From: Sphingobacteriales bacterium | Lineage (GTDB): Bacteria > Bacteroidota > Bacteroidia > UKL13-3 | Reading direction: 5' to 3' | DNA: 64,000 nt | Assembly: GCA_021298155.1 (NCBI GenBank) | Contig: JAJTEN010000026.1 | Location: 4,297-68,296, forward strand | Shown here: positions 50,156 through 61,385 of the stretch, piece by piece | Layout: the number at the start of each line of letters is the position of its first letter | Numbering within the stretch: position 1 is the first letter of the stretch | The notes under the pieces: model-generated | Told to the model about the DNA's origin: nothing | What the model saw: the letters and a program-made list of their open reading frames with translations, nothing else | Database searches by the model: none | Translations under genes and position numbers: made by a program

Positions 50156-51044
50156 TGGCAAATGCCTGCTTAAAAATAAGACTATCATCCTCAGTTGATT
50201 GATGCAAAACAGCATATTTGCCATTGTTGCTAAGACTTAAACGGTTTACAGATTGGTCTATTTTCTTTTCATATACCAACATACCCAAAGAATCAATTAA
50301 TAAAAACGAAGCTTGAGCCTGAATTGCAGGCGCCAATGCTAATAAAACCAACTGTTTGTATGGCGCATTCGTAGCAATATACATTTGGTGAACTGGATAG
50401 GTGCTGCATGGAATTGAAAAGTTAAATCCATTTCTATTATTGATAAACAAAATTTGATTTCCTTTGGGCTGAACCAACAACGAATCGAACAATTGAGTTG
50501 GGATGGCAGGCAATAATACAGGAGTAGAATCGGGCAAAACTGAAAGCTCTTCTACCCTATCTGTGCTTGCTGTTTGAAACAATTTTGGTTTTATATCTGC
50601 CACTTTGTAAGCCTCTAGGGTTTGGTAAAAAGGCTTTACTAAAAGGGTAAAAAACAAATAGGGTGCAATAATAATTAAGCTATAATTCATGAGTTGAAAT
50701 ACATATTCTTTGGCAAGCTTATTGGCTGCCACAAAAACAATCCAACCAATTATAGCACCAGCACCCGCACACAAAAGCGTGATTGGAAAAAACCACCAGA
50801 AACTGCTAAACAAATCATTCTCTATATAAAAAAACTGATTTTGGGCCTGCAATAGCACATAGGAAATGCAACTAATACAGTAAAAAACAAAAGAATAAAA
50901 TAGTATTCCATATGATTTGATAGAAGCGTTTTTTTGGAATTTAACTTTCAATAAGTAAAACAAAAAAAGCATGCTTAATAGAGAAATACTAAGCCATAAA
51001 CTATTTGTTTCTTGCAGAATGGATATCAAAAATTCGTACCACAT
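50145..51044 (-). CDS. Hypothetical membrane protein (4 N-terminal TM segments plus a beta-rich C-terminal domain)
   Basis: Long ORF with hydrophobic segments, directly downstream of the ABC permease; start uncertain (51044 or 51056). Confidence 0.65.
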   Translation of the reverse strand: MWYEFLISILQETNSLWLSISLLSMLFLFYLLKVKFQKNASIKSYGILFYSFVFYCISCISYVLLQAQNQFFYIENDLFSSFWWFFPITLLCAGAGAIIGWIVFVAANKLAKEYVFQLMNYSLIIIAPYLFFTLLVKPFYQTLEAYKVADIKPKLFQTASTDRVEELSVLPDSTPVLLPAIPTQLFDSLLVQPKGNQILFINNRNGFNFSIPCSTYPVHQMYIATNAPYKQLVLLALAPAIQAQASFLLIDSLGMLVYEKKIDQSVNRLSLSNNGKYAVLHQSTEDDSLIFKQAFAIKP

Positions 51045-51048
51045 AAAT

Positions 51049-52281
51049 CTATTCAAATCTTAATGCCTCAATTGGATCTAATTTACTGGCTTTGATTGCC
51101 GGATAAATGCCACTTGCTAAACCAACAATAAAACAAAGCGCTAGGCCGCTAAACATCCATAGCCAAGGAATAATAAAACCCACGCCTACCAGAGAGGTAA
51201 CAATATTACCTATTATAATTCCAAAAATGATTCCACCAATGCCTCCTAATTGACAAATTACGATGGCTTCAAATAAAAATTGTCTTCTAATAACTTGTTG
51301 TGTGGCGCCAATTGCTTTTCGTATACCAATTTCTCTGGTTCTTTCAGAAACAGAGACAAGCATTATATTCATTAAACCTATTGCTGCTCCTAGTAGAGTA
51401 ATAAACCCAATTACAGTTGCAGCAGCCGTAACATAAGCCAAGTTACTGATAAGTTCTTTAGCTATATTATCAGATTTATACACATTAAAGTTTAAGTCGG
51501 ATTGCAATGGTAATTTCCGAATTCTCTTGAACAAACTGGTAGCCTCATCAACAGCAAAATCTATATTATTTACATCATCTACGGCTACAGTAATTACCGC
51601 GCTCATATTTGGAACTGAAAAGGTTTGATAGGCGTTTTGGATTGGAACAATAACAATTCTATCGCCACCAAAACCCATACTAGATCCTTTCGATTGTAAT
51701 ACCCCAATTACCCTAAATTTAGCGGCTCCGATAAACACACTTTCACCCATAGGATTTTTAGAAGGGAACAGTTTATCTTTTATTTCAGAGCCGAGTATAA
51801 CCATATTAGCAGCCGAACTCAGTTCCTTTTCAGTAAAATTTCTTCCACTCGAAAGCTCATAACCGGCTACCTTTAAATAGTTAAAATCTCCCCCCATTAC
51901 CATTATATTGGGGTCGGTTTTAACGTTATTATATTTTACCGTACTATTAAAGCCTGCGTTTACCGACTTAGAAATAATGGCAGGAAAAGTAAATTCTGCT
52001 TCAAACTTATCTGCATCAGATTTTGAGATAGGCTTGAACCGTTGGGGACCTTTCCCACCGCCTGAAAATCGAATATTTTGCCCACGATTTTTTATCGTAA
52101 AGGTATTGGCACCCATGCTAGAAAAAGAGGTGTTTATACCTGCTTTTATTCCATCAATAGCCGTTAAAATACCCACCAATGCCATTATTCCAATAGAAAT
52201 AATTAATGCCGTTATGGTGGCTCGCAATTTATTTCCTTTGATGGAATTAAAGGCTATTTTCAGATTTTCTAGGAGGGTCAT
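51049..52281 (-). CDS. MacB/FtsX-family ABC transporter permease
   Basis: GLMNIMLVSVSERTREIGIRKAIGA, PAIKASKLDPIEALRFE. Confidence 0.93.
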   Translation of the reverse strand: MTLLENLKIAFNSIKGNKLRATITALIISIGIMALVGILTAIDGIKAGINTSFSSMGANTFTIKNRGQNIRFSGGGKGPQRFKPISKSDADKFEAEFTFPAIISKSVNAGFNSTVKYNNVKTDPNIMVMGGDFNYLKVAGYELSSGRNFTEKELSSAANMVILGSEIKDKLFPSKNPMGESVFIGAAKFRVIGVLQSKGSSMGFGGDRIVIVPIQNAYQTFSVPNMSAVITVAVDDVNNIDFAVDEATSLFKRIRKLPLQSDLNFNVYKSDNIAKELISNLAYVTAAATVIGFITLLGAAIGLMNIMLVSVSERTREIGIRKAIGATQQVIRRQFLFEAIVICQLGGIGGIIFGIIIGNIVTSLVGVGFIIPWLWMFSGLALCFIVGLASGIYPAIKASKLDPIEALRFE

Positions 52282-52291
52282 ATTTGATTTA

Positions 52292-52585
52292 TTACCTAAC
52301 TTTTTCTATAAATTTAAAACCTTTTCTTCCGTCAATATCTTGAAAATCTATGATCATACCTGCAAAAAAGAAAATTTGCCCTGCATGATAAATCACATCT
52401 ATGCCATCTATGTTTGCCGTCCGATCCTTCTCTCCTTTTTCATCAAAACCAATCAACAATCCCTTGTCCTGAGCATTCTTCTGGCGTATTCCAACACGCA
52501 AAGCGAAGCCTTCCGGTATTTGTAGCGTTGCCTTATAGTGCGCAATTGCTTCTTTGGCAGCTGGTGTAAATTCTATCATATTCAT
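52292..52585 (-). CDS. HesB/IscA-like protein lacking cysteines
   Basis: IEFTPAA...ALRVGI...IGFD...IDGIDVI...GMIIDF...GFKF matches the A-type carrier pattern. Confidence 0.72.
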   Translation of the reverse strand: MNMIEFTPAAKEAIAHYKATLQIPEGFALRVGIRQKNAQDKGLLIGFDEKGEKDRTANIDGIDVIYHAGQIFFFAGMIIDFQDIDGRKGFKFIEKVR

Positions 52586-52655
52586 TGGGCTGCAAGTTAA
52601 TCAATAAAATAAAATTGTACATTCCATTTTTGATTCATTAATTTTCGCAAAAAAA

Positions 52656-53705
52656 ATGCTCGATTTTTCGCTCGTAACTCTAAAAACTGTTTCTGTTCAT
52701 CAAACTGGTAATAAAACCAATGGAGAACCTTTGCTTGTATCCAAAGCACCCATTAGTAATGTAGATGAAAACTTAGAAAATATCTTGTTAAAGTATTTTT
52801 TAAAACCTTTTCATCAGCCTACTTATTATCACCTCACCTTTAGTAACGACGACCATGCATTGAACCCAGTATACCATTATGCTGCCCAGTGTTTTGAGAA
52901 TCCAAACAACTTTCATATTCAAAGCATTCATCTGGCCAAACACCTCTATGAAACAGCTTTGCATCAGAATATAAAACCGGGCGATCTATACATTGCTCAA
53001 TTTAATGATGTTCAATATGAAGGTAATCTAGTCGCTTGTATCGGAATATTTAAAGCTGAAACCAAAGATCATTACCTGAAAATGCAAAGAAATGGGGCAA
53101 ATTTTGATGTAAATTCTGAAGCAGGAACCCCAGTAGATAAATTAGATAAAGGCTGTTTGATTTTAAATATTGAACATGAAAAAGGTTTCAAAGTATGCGT
53201 AGTAGATAAATTAAGTAAATCTGCTGAGGCATTATATTGGAGAGATCAATTTTTAAAAATAAAGCCTTGCGCAGATAACTATCATTTTACTGAAAATTTT
53301 TTAACCCTTGCGAAAGAATTTGTGACCAAACAAATAACAGAGGAATATGACGTAAGTAAGGCAGAGCAAATAGATTTATTAAACCGGTCTGTAGGTTATT
53401 TTAAAGACCATGAAAAGTTCGACCAGCAAGAGTTTTCAAAGGAAGTATTTGGAGACCATGAGGGATTAATCACTTCTTTTAAGGATTTTAAAAGTCAAGC
53501 AGAACTTACCTATGAAATGGATTTACAAGATGGATTCGACATTTCCAATCAGGCGGTAAAAAAGCAAGCCAGAATTTTCAAAAGTGTTTTAAAACTGGAT
53601 AAGAATTTTCATATTTACATTCATGGCAATAAGAATTTAATTGAAAAAGGAACCGAGCCAGATGGAAGAAAATTCTACAAAATATATTTCACAGAAGAAA
53701 GTTAA
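52656..53705 (+). CDS. Nucleoid-associated protein (YejK/NdpA-like)
   Basis: VHQTGNK, AKHLYE...IKPGDLY, GIFKAE, KLDKGCLI, KSVLKLDKNFHIYIHG. Confidence 0.82.
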   Translation: MLDFSLVTLKTVSVHQTGNKTNGEPLLVSKAPISNVDENLENILLKYFLKPFHQPTYYHLTFSNDDHALNPVYHYAAQCFENPNNFHIQSIHLAKHLYETALHQNIKPGDLYIAQFNDVQYEGNLVACIGIFKAETKDHYLKMQRNGANFDVNSEAGTPVDKLDKGCLILNIEHEKGFKVCVVDKLSKSAEALYWRDQFLKIKPCADNYHFTENFLTLAKEFVTKQITEEYDVSKAEQIDLLNRSVGYFKDHEKFDQQEFSKEVFGDHEGLITSFKDFKSQAELTYEMDLQDGFDISNQAVKKQARIFKSVLKLDKNFHIYIHGNKNLIEKGTEPDGRKFYKIYFTEES

Positions 53706-53710
53706 TTGCA

Positions 53711-54412
53711 TTGAATGCCAGGAATAGAATTATTTACCAGCTTGTTAAACAAGCAAAAATAAGCCATAAAGAAGCCTGGTTGGCCTTAGCAAGTGGACAG
53801 GTAAGTTTGAACGCAAAAATATGCACAGACAATGAGCTAGTAAATGATTACGATAGCTTATATCTGGGCGACACATGCATTATCGACGGAAATCGGTATA
53901 GCTATTTTAAGTTTTACAAACCGGTGGGTATAGAATGTACTTTGCAAAGCAGTATCCCACATGCGCTCTCCAATTTTTTGGGTCCAACCTATTCAAGTTT
54001 ATTTTATTTGGGGCGACTTGATAAAAACTCGGAGGGATTAATTTTATTAAGTAATGATGGCAATATTTATAACAAGGTTATACAGCCAGAAAAACACATT
54101 GAAAAAGTATACAAAGTAGCAGTAGAATTGCCCATCAATACCCATTTTAAAGAACACATGGAAGCAGGTGTTTCCATATTAGGCACAAAAACCCTCCCTT
54201 GTAAAGTAATACTTATTAACCAGAATACCTTTGAAATTACCTTAACCCAAGGCTTAAATAGGCAAATTAGAAGAATGTGTTTTGCCCTTGGTAATTATGT
54301 AGTTTCATTGAAACGAACAGCTATTGGTGAAATAAGCCTGTTAGATTTAAAACCGGGAGAAATAAAACCATTGGATCAATCAGAAATAGCATGGTTAAGA
54401 AATTTGACTTGA
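53711..54412 (+). CDS. RsuA/RluF-family rRNA pseudouridine synthase
   Basis: YKPVGIECT, GRLDKNSEGL, LTQGLNRQIRRMC; TTG start. Confidence 0.9.
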   Translation: MNARNRIIYQLVKQAKISHKEAWLALASGQVSLNAKICTDNELVNDYDSLYLGDTCIIDGNRYSYFKFYKPVGIECTLQSSIPHALSNFLGPTYSSLFYLGRLDKNSEGLILLSNDGNIYNKVIQPEKHIEKVYKVAVELPINTHFKEHMEAGVSILGTKTLPCKVILINQNTFEITLTQGLNRQIRRMCFALGNYVVSLKRTAIGEISLLDLKPGEIKPLDQSEIAWLRNLT

Positions 54413-54456
54413 CCTTTGAAAAAAATTAGCTAAGTTTGATTGTAAATACATAACAA

Positions 54457-55011
54457 ATGCTCAAAAAAATATTGCTAATAAGTACAGTGGTTGTCATTAG
54501 CTTACTCGTATTTTTTAATTGGTTCAAAAAAGATACTAAAAAACATAGTCCACCCGCTACAGCAAGCTACAGCAATGGAAATCTAAAAATTGATGTGAAT
54601 TATTGCAGGCCTGCTGCAAAAGGCAGAATAATATTTGGAGACGAGGAAGCTGGAGCGCTTCAACCCTATGGGAAATATTGGCGTATGGGAGCCAATGAAG
54701 CAAGTACTTTTGAAAATAATCAAAGTGTTTGGTTCAATGACAAAGAATTAGCGGCAGGGAAATATGCTATTTATGCCTATCCTGGAGCGGAGAAATGGGT
54801 AATTGCTGTGAACAAAGATTGGGACAGATGGGGTGCGCAGGAACCAGACCTGAGTCAGGAAGTGTTGCGCACTGAACTTGCTGTTAACAATGAGGCGCCA
54901 TTTCAAGAATTATTTGAAATTAGCTTTAGCGAAGCCGATAGCATCGGGAATACACATATGATTTTACATTGGGATAGAGAAATGATAAAAGTTCCTATAT
55001 CTGTAAAATAA
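54457..55011 (+). CDS. DUF2911 family protein
   Basis: HSPPA, YCRPAAKGR, PYGKYWRMGANEA; TAAGTTTG -7 element at 54431-54438. Confidence 0.85.
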   Translation: MLKKILLISTVVVISLLVFFNWFKKDTKKHSPPATASYSNGNLKIDVNYCRPAAKGRIIFGDEEAGALQPYGKYWRMGANEASTFENNQSVWFNDKELAAGKYAIYAYPGAEKWVIAVNKDWDRWGAQEPDLSQEVLRTELAVNNEAPFQELFEISFSEADSIGNTHMILHWDREMIKVPISVK

Positions 55012-55021
55012 ACCCAATCTG

Positions 55022-55765
55022 TTAATTCTTAAAAATTCTGAACGAGCCTATACCCCACTTGTGCAAACGATACAATATACTTGTTCTTAATACGCCTAAA
55101 CCATAGATACTGCTGCGTTTAAAGTTGATAGAAGATGCTTCTGGGAAATATTTTGTAGGACAAGTAACTTCTGCTATTTCAAAACCCTTCATAAAAATTT
55201 GAGCCGTAATTTCATTGTCAAATACGAAATCGTCACTACAAGTATCAAAAGGTACACTTTTGAGCACCTCTGCACTAAATGCCCTGTAACCAGTATGGTA
55301 TTCAGAGAGTTTCTGGCCCATTAAAACATTTTGAAACAAAGTTAGCAGTCTGTTAAAGATATACTTATAAACCGGCATTCCCCCTTTTAGCGCACCCATT
55401 CCTAAGATTCTTGAACCAAAAACTACCGGATAAACATCAAAAGCAATGATACTGCTCATGGCCATGAGTAATTTGGGCGTATATTGATAATCTGGATGCA
55501 ACATGATTATGATATCTGCCTGAAGGGCTAAGGCATGTTGGTAGCAGGTTTTTTGGTTGCCACCATAGCCTTTATTTTGTTGGTGTTTAATAATATGTTT
55601 AATACCAATTTTTCTACCCAATTCAGACGTATCGTCTTTACTGGCATCATCCACTAAAATCACATCATCTACAATATCGAATGGAATTTCATTATACGTT
55701 TTTTCTAGGGTTCTTGCAGCATTGTATGCAGGTAAAACCACAACAATTTTCTTTCCGTTAAGCAT
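55022..55765 (-). CDS. Glycosyltransferase family 2 (DPM1-like)
   Basis: VVLPAYNA, VDDASKD, GYGGNQK, HPDYQY, EYHTGYRAF. Confidence 0.92.
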   Translation of the reverse strand: MLNGKKIVVVLPAYNAARTLEKTYNEIPFDIVDDVILVDDASKDDTSELGRKIGIKHIIKHQQNKGYGGNQKTCYQHALALQADIIIMLHPDYQYTPKLLMAMSSIIAFDVYPVVFGSRILGMGALKGGMPVYKYIFNRLLTLFQNVLMGQKLSEYHTGYRAFSAEVLKSVPFDTCSDDFVFDNEITAQIFMKGFEIAEVTCPTKYFPEASSINFKRSSIYGLGVLRTSILYRLHKWGIGSFRIFKN

Positions 55766-55773
55766 GTTTCAAA

Positions 55774-57102
55774 TTAAATAAAAAAAAGTAAGCAAATAAC
55801 AATTAATACAGGCAATAAAATGGGCAGACTGTATTTATATATGTATTGGCCAAATGAAGGCATCTTTACCCCTGCTTGTTCGGCGATTGACTTTACCATA
55901 AAATTCGGACCATTGCCAATATAGGTCATAGCCCCAAAAAACACTGAACCAACAGACAATGCAGCAAGCAGATAAACACTTTCTGATCCAACAAATTGCT
56001 TAACATCTGACATATTATTTAAACTTAAACCCGCATCTGAGAGTATCACTGCAAAAACATTTAGATAGGCAGGTGCATTATCAAGCACACTGCTAAACAA
56101 ACCACTAGACCAATAAACAAGTGTACTAGTAATGGTAAGCTGTCCTTTTTGAGCACTTGCAAAAGCCTCTAACAACTGCAAAGCGGGCATCATGGTTAAA
56201 AAAATGCCAAAAAACAGAAATGCTACCTCCTTAATAGGTTCAAAATCAAAATTATTACTTTTCAATGCCTTCTGATTAGAAAATCGATAACAGAAAAAAG
56301 CAGCACTTAATTGAATGCATTCACGCAAAAAGGAAATCTTCTTTCCGTGGTAAAGGATATGCGGAAGTTCCATAATATTTGGATCGAGAAAAACAGAGGC
56401 AACACCTATAAGTAACCAAACTACATTACGTTTACCCGTAATAATGATAGAATTTGAATAGTGTGCGCTAACATCTACCTCATCTAAATCCTTGTTATTC
56501 TTTTCAAAAAAATAGAATATGGTGAGCAGTAAAGCCATGGCAACAATCCATGGTAAACTTAGGTTTAATAAAGTCCAGAAAAACGGAACACCCTTCAGAA
56601 ACCCCATAAACAAGGGAGGATCTCCAATTGGTGTAAGTGAACCGCCCACATTAGAAACCATAAAAATAAAGAAAATAATGTGATATGGCTTTAAACGATA
56701 TCGATTAATACGCATAAAAGGCCTAATAAATAAAACAGATGCGCCTGTAGTACCTATAATATTGGTTAGTAGAGCAGCCGCTAATAAAAACAAAATATTT
56801 ACCGAGGCCTTAGATTCCATATCTATAAACAAGTAAATGCCTCCGCTTGCAATATATAAAATGCAAAGTAAACTGATAAATGAGATGTATTCTGCAACTG
56901 CCTCAACAGGTAAAACCAAATTATTGAGTTTTACTGCATAAAACACGCCCACCAAAAGGCCCAAAACCACGCTAATGGTTTTATAGTGATGATGCCAAAA
57001 TTTTGAAAAAAGTACTGGTCCACTTGCAATTAACAAGAGTAATGAAACAAAAGGTAATACCACCCAAGCAGGTGGAGTTTGGAGAAGCACGCTTAAAATC
57101 AT
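55774..57102 (-). CDS. Putative Na+/H+ antiporter (ion transporter superfamily)
   Basis: [49 protein letters not shown]. Confidence 0.85.
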   Translation of the reverse strand: MILSVLLQTPPAWVVLPFVSLLLLIASGPVLFSKFWHHHYKTISVVLGLLVGVFYAVKLNNLVLPVEAVAEYISFISLLCILYIASGGIYLFIDMESKASVNILFLLAAALLTNIIGTTGASVLFIRPFMRINRYRLKPYHIIFFIFMVSNVGGSLTPIGDPPLFMGFLKGVPFFWTLLNLSLPWIVAMALLLTIFYFFEKNNKDLDEVDVSAHYSNSIIITGKRNVVWLLIGVASVFLDPNIMELPHILYHGKKISFLRECIQLSAAFFCYRFSNQKALKSNNFDFEPIKEVAFLFFGIFLTMMPALQLLEAFASAQKGQLTITSTLVYWSSGLFSSVLDNAPAYLNVFAVILSDAGLSLNNMSDVKQFVGSESVYLLAALSVGSVFFGAMTYIGNGPNFMVKSIAEQAGVKMPSFGQYIYKYSLPILLPVLIVICLLFFI

Positions 57103-57186
57103 TCAACAAAAATAAGGAAACTGAGTCTTTTCCTATGGGAAAAATTAATAGTTAAAGAAAAGCTAAAATTATCTATTTTCGCGGCA

Positions 57187-58974
57187 ATGGACCAAATAAG
57201 AAATTTTTGCATCATCGCACATATCGACCATGGTAAAAGCACCTTGGCAGATAGATTGTTAGAATACACCAATACCACCTCTAAGAGAGAAATGCAAGCG
57301 CAATTGCTAGACGATATGGATTTAGAGCGCGAGCGAGGTATTACCATTAAGAGTCATGCCATTCAGATGAATTATGAATTGGATGGAAAAAAATATATCC
57401 TGAATTTAATTGACACGCCTGGGCACGTTGATTTTAGTTATGAAGTATCACGTTCTATTGCAGCTTGTGATGGCGCATTACTAATTGTTGATTCGAGTCA
57501 GGGAATTCAAGCACAAACCATTTCAAATCTATATTTGGCTATTGATCAAGGATTAGAGATTATACCTATTCTAAATAAAATCGATTTACCGCACTCTATG
57601 CCTGAAGACGTTAGCGATCAAATTATCGACTTAATTGGTTGTGATTACGAAGATATATTGAGGGCTAGCGGAAAAACGGGAGCTGGTGTTCACGATATTT
57701 TAAAGGCCATCGTGCATCGCGTTCCGCCACCAAAAGGAAATCCAGAGGCACCTCTAAAAGCCTTAATTTTTGATTCTGTGTTTAACTCATTTAGAGGAAT
57801 TATTGCCTATTTTAGGGTAATAGATGGATCAATTAAAAAAGGCGATAAAGTTAAATTTATGTCGAACAACAGCGAATATATTGCTGAGGAGGTTGGTGTA
57901 TTAAAATTACAACCTGAACCAAGGGCGCAAGTTTTTGCTGGGGATGTAGGCTATATTATTTCGGGGATAAAAGAAGCTAGAGAGGTAAAAGTGGGTGATA
58001 CAATTACCCATATTGATAGGCCTACCGCAGAATCTATCAAAGGATTTGAGGAAGTTAAACCAATGGTATTTGCCGGTATTTATCCTGTAGATACAGAAGA
58101 TTTTGAAGAGTTAAGAGAAAGCATGTACAAGTTACAATTAAATGACGCGTCATTAACTTTTGAACCAGAATCTTCGGCAGCTTTAGGATTTGGTTTCCGT
58201 TGTGGGTTTCTTGGAATGTTGCATATGGAAATTATTCAGGAAAGACTGGAACGTGAGTTTAAAATGACGGTAATTACTACTGTACCAAATGTTAGTTACC
58301 ATTGTTATGATAAGAAGGGTAATATGCACATTGTGAATAACCCTAGTGACTTACCTGAAGCCAACCATATAGAGCATGTTGAAGAACCTTTTATTAAGGC
58401 TCAAATTATTACCACAACAGATTATGTAGGTCCGATCATGGGTTTGTGTTTAGGTAAAAGAGGTATTTTAAAAGAACAAAAATACCTCACAACAGACCGC
58501 GTAGAAATGGTTTTTGACATGCCATTAGCCGAAGTAGTATTTGATTTTTTCGATAAGTTAAAAACCATTTCTAGAGGTTATGCTTCATTTGATTATCATC
58601 CGATTGGCTATGTAGAATCTGATTTAGTTAAATTAGATATTTTATTAAATAAAGACAATGTTGATGCCTTATCAGCCATTATTCATAGAGACAGAGCCTA
58701 TGATTTTGGAAAACGAATTTGTGAAAAATTAAAAGACCTCATACCAAGACATCAATTTGAAATTCCTGTACAAGCCAGTATTGGTGCAAAGGTAATTGCC
58801 AGAGAAACCATAAAGGCGCTCAGAAAAGATGTAACAGCTAAGTGTTATGGTGGTGATATTTCCAGAAAACGTAAATTATTGGAAAAGCAGAAAGAAGGTA
58901 AAAAACGAATGAGGCAAGTAGGTTCAGTTGAAATACCTCAATCTGCATTTATGGCCGTTTTAAAACTAGATTAG
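57187..58974 (+). CDS. lepA: Translation elongation factor 4
   Basis: [54 protein letters not shown]. Confidence 0.98.
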   Translation: MDQIRNFCIIAHIDHGKSTLADRLLEYTNTTSKREMQAQLLDDMDLERERGITIKSHAIQMNYELDGKKYILNLIDTPGHVDFSYEVSRSIAACDGALLIVDSSQGIQAQTISNLYLAIDQGLEIIPILNKIDLPHSMPEDVSDQIIDLIGCDYEDILRASGKTGAGVHDILKAIVHRVPPPKGNPEAPLKALIFDSVFNSFRGIIAYFRVIDGSIKKGDKVKFMSNNSEYIAEEVGVLKLQPEPRAQVFAGDVGYIISGIKEAREVKVGDTITHIDRPTAESIKGFEEVKPMVFAGIYPVDTEDFEELRESMYKLQLNDASLTFEPESSAALGFGFRCGFLGMLHMEIIQERLEREFKMTVITTVPNVSYHCYDKKGNMHIVNNPSDLPEANHIEHVEEPFIKAQIITTTDYVGPIMGLCLGKRGILKEQKYLTTDRVEMVFDMPLAEVVFDFFDKLKTISRGYASFDYHPIGYVESDLVKLDILLNKDNVDALSAIIHRDRAYDFGKRICEKLKDLIPRHQFEIPVQASIGAKVIARETIKALRKDVTAKCYGGDISRKRKLLEKQKEGKKRMRQVGSVEIPQSAFMAVLKLD

Positions 58975-59018
58975 GCAATAGTCATTCAAACTCAAACAGC
59001 GCTTTAAAACAATCTACA

Positions 59019-59882
59019 ATGGAATTACTAAACGGAAATGAAGTCTCCAATTTAATCAGAGCATCCATTAAAGAGGAAGTGCTTAAACGAAAGGCTGAAG
59101 GGAAAAAAACGCCTCATTTGGCGGCCATTTTGGTTGGTGCAGATGGAGCGAGTATGACCTATGTAGCCGCTAAAGAAAAAGATTGTATAGAAGTTGGATT
59201 TGATTCTACAGTTTTACGTTTTGACGCGAGTATAAGCGAAGAAGCACTCATAGCTGAAGTTGAAAAGATAAATCAAGATAAAAACATCGATGGTTTAATT
59301 GTTCAATTGCCTTTACCCAAACACATCAATGAAAAAAGAATTACTGAGGCAATTAGTTACAAGAAAGATGTAGATGGGTTCCATCCAATGAATGTAGGTA
59401 TGATGTTTAAAGGCCTAAAAACTTTTTTACCGGCTACACCTTTTGGGATTTTAAAACTGATTGAACATTACCAAATAGAAACAAGTGGCAAAAACTGCGT
59501 AATTATTGGTCGTAGCGACATAGTTGGTAAACCCATGAGCGCACTTATGTTGCAAAAAAATTGCACAGTTACCGTATGCCACAGTAAAACAAAAAACCTA
59601 AGTGATTTTACGAGGCAAGCAGATATCATTATTGCCGCTATTGGTGTCCCATTATTTTTAAAAGCAGATATGGTAAAAGAAGGCGCAGTAGTGATAGATG
59701 TAGGAATAACCCGCGTAGACAATCCAACGAATAAAAAAGGCTATTCATTAAAAGGTGATGTAGATTTTGAGGCACTTGCAAGCAAGTGCAGTTTTATCAC
59801 TCCTGTACCCGGAGGCGTGGGGCCAATGACCCGCGTTGGCTTGCTGCTAAACACCCTTGACGCAGCAGATTTACCCAAATAA
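59019..59882 (+). CDS. folD: Methylenetetrahydrofolate dehydrogenase/cyclohydrolase
   Basis: VQLPLP, KDVDGFHP, PATPFG, GRSDIVGKP, TPVPGGVGPMT. Confidence 0.97.
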   Translation: MELLNGNEVSNLIRASIKEEVLKRKAEGKKTPHLAAILVGADGASMTYVAAKEKDCIEVGFDSTVLRFDASISEEALIAEVEKINQDKNIDGLIVQLPLPKHINEKRITEAISYKKDVDGFHPMNVGMMFKGLKTFLPATPFGILKLIEHYQIETSGKNCVIIGRSDIVGKPMSALMLQKNCTVTVCHSKTKNLSDFTRQADIIIAAIGVPLFLKADMVKEGAVVIDVGITRVDNPTNKKGYSLKGDVDFEALASKCSFITPVPGGVGPMTRVGLLLNTLDAADLPK

Positions 59883-60011
59883 CCCATTCTTAGCTCAGTT
59901 TAACGAATTTTTAAAGAAAATTTGAATCATTAAATAATCAACCAAATATCAACACGGTTTTTATTGATTCTAAAATTTCTCACTTTTACACCCAAGCAAT
60001 TTAATTTTGTT

Positions 60012-61385
60012 ATGGCACGAATACTCATTATAGACGACGAAAAATCTATCAGAAATACCCTAAGAGAAATTTTAGAATATGAAAGTTACCAGGTAGATGA
60101 AGCAGCAAACGGCGAAGAAGGTTTACAGAAAATAGAAAACGAAGAATACGATGCTGTCTTGTGCGACATAAAAATGCCAAAAATGGATGGTATGACTGTG
60201 CTAAGCAAAGCAAAAGAAATAGATGAAGACCTACCTTTTGTGATGATATCTGGCCATGGTAACGTGGAAATGGCGGTTGAGGCAACTAAAAAAGGAGCAT
60301 TCGATTTTATTGTAAAACCACCAGATTTAAATAAACTACTTATTACGCTCAGAAATACCATTGATAGAAAAGAGTTAGTAATAGAAACGAAAGTACTCCG
60401 CAGAAAAGCTTCAAAAACAAGAGATATTATTGGAGAATCTCCTGCTATCACAAACATTTTGGATACCATAGACAAGGTAGCCCCTACGGATGCGCGCATT
60501 TTAATTACCGGAGAAAATGGCACCGGAAAAGAACTGGTAGCCCGTTGGATTTATGAAAAAAGCTTACGGGTTAAGAATCCACTCATTGAGGTAAATTGTG
60601 CAGCAATTCCTGCAGAGTTGATTGAAAGCGAACTATTTGGTCATGAAAAAGGCGCATTTACCTCTGCCATAAAACAGCGAATTGGAAAATTTGAGCAAGC
60701 CCATCAAGGTACTATTTTCTTGGATGAAATTGGAGATATGAGTTTATCTGCCCAAGCCAAAGTATTAAGAGCTTTACAAGAAAACAAAATCACCCGGGTT
60801 GGAGGAGAAAAAGACATTGAGGTAGACGTTCGGGTAATTGCGGCTACCAATAAAAATCTATTAAAAGAAATTGAAAAAGGTAATTTTAGGCTAGACTTAT
60901 ACCACAGATTAAGTGTAATTTTAATTCACGTACCTAGTTTGAACGAAAGGCGCGACGATATTCCATTATTGGCAGAGAAATTCATCAAAGAAGTATGTGA
61001 AGATAGCGGAATACCCAAGAAAAACTTTATGCCACAAGCACTAGATGAATTGAAAAAACTTAATTTTTCTGGTAATATTAGGGAACTGAGAAACATCGTT
61101 GAACGCCTTGTTATATTAGGAAACCAAAGAATTACTTTGGAAGATATACAAAAATTTGCGAGTCCGATTAACGCCCGAGATGAAGAGAAATCAATCTATG
61201 AAAGATTTAGCACCTTACAAGATTTTAAAGAATATGTAGAGCGCATTTTTATCGAGGAAAAACTAAAGAAAAATGGCTGGAACGTGGCAAAAACGGCTGC
61301 TGAAATAGATATTCAACGAAGTCACCTGTATAATAAAATTGAAAAGTACAGCCTCAAAAGAAATGAGGGTCACGATCACAATTAA
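60012..61385 (+). CDS. NtrX/NtrC-family response regulator (REC, AAA+, Fis HTH)
   Basis: ILIIDDE, DIKMP, GENGTGKE, ESELFGHEKGAFTSA, FLDEIG, GNIREL, HTH RSHLYNK. Confidence 0.93.
   Translation: MARILIIDDEKSIRNTLREILEYESYQVDEAANGEEGLQKIENEEYDAVLCDIKMPKMDGMTVLSKAKEIDEDLPFVMISGHGNVEMAVEATKKGAFDFIVKPPDLNKLLITLRNTIDRKELVIETKVLRRKASKTRDIIGESPAITNILDTIDKVAPTDARILITGENGTGKELVARWIYEKSLRVKNPLIEVNCAAIPAELIESELFGHEKGAFTSAIKQRIGKFEQAHQGTIFLDEIGDMSLSAQAKVLRALQENKITRVGGEKDIEVDVRVIAATNKNLLKEIEKGNFRLDLYHRLSVILIHVPSLNERRDDIPLLAEKFIKEVCEDSGIPKKNFMPQALDELKKLNFSGNIRELRNIVERLVILGNQRITLEDIQKFASPINARDEEKSIYERFSTLQDFKEYVERIFIEEKLKKNGWNVAKTAAEIDIQRSHLYNKIEKYSLKRNEGHDHN

Noticed and set aside
51908..52525. 205-aa plus-strand ORF
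   Set aside because: Antisense shadow of the ABC permease and IscA-like genes, with no recognisable motifs; the same applies to the other short overlapping ORFs in the track
52656..53705. Nucleoid-associated protein as part of an anti-phage system
   Set aside because: It is flanked by housekeeping genes with no nuclease, ATPase or other defence partner nearby
59891..59900. TAGCTCAGTT resembling a tRNA D-arm
   Set aside because: No acceptor stem, anticodon arm or T-arm follows
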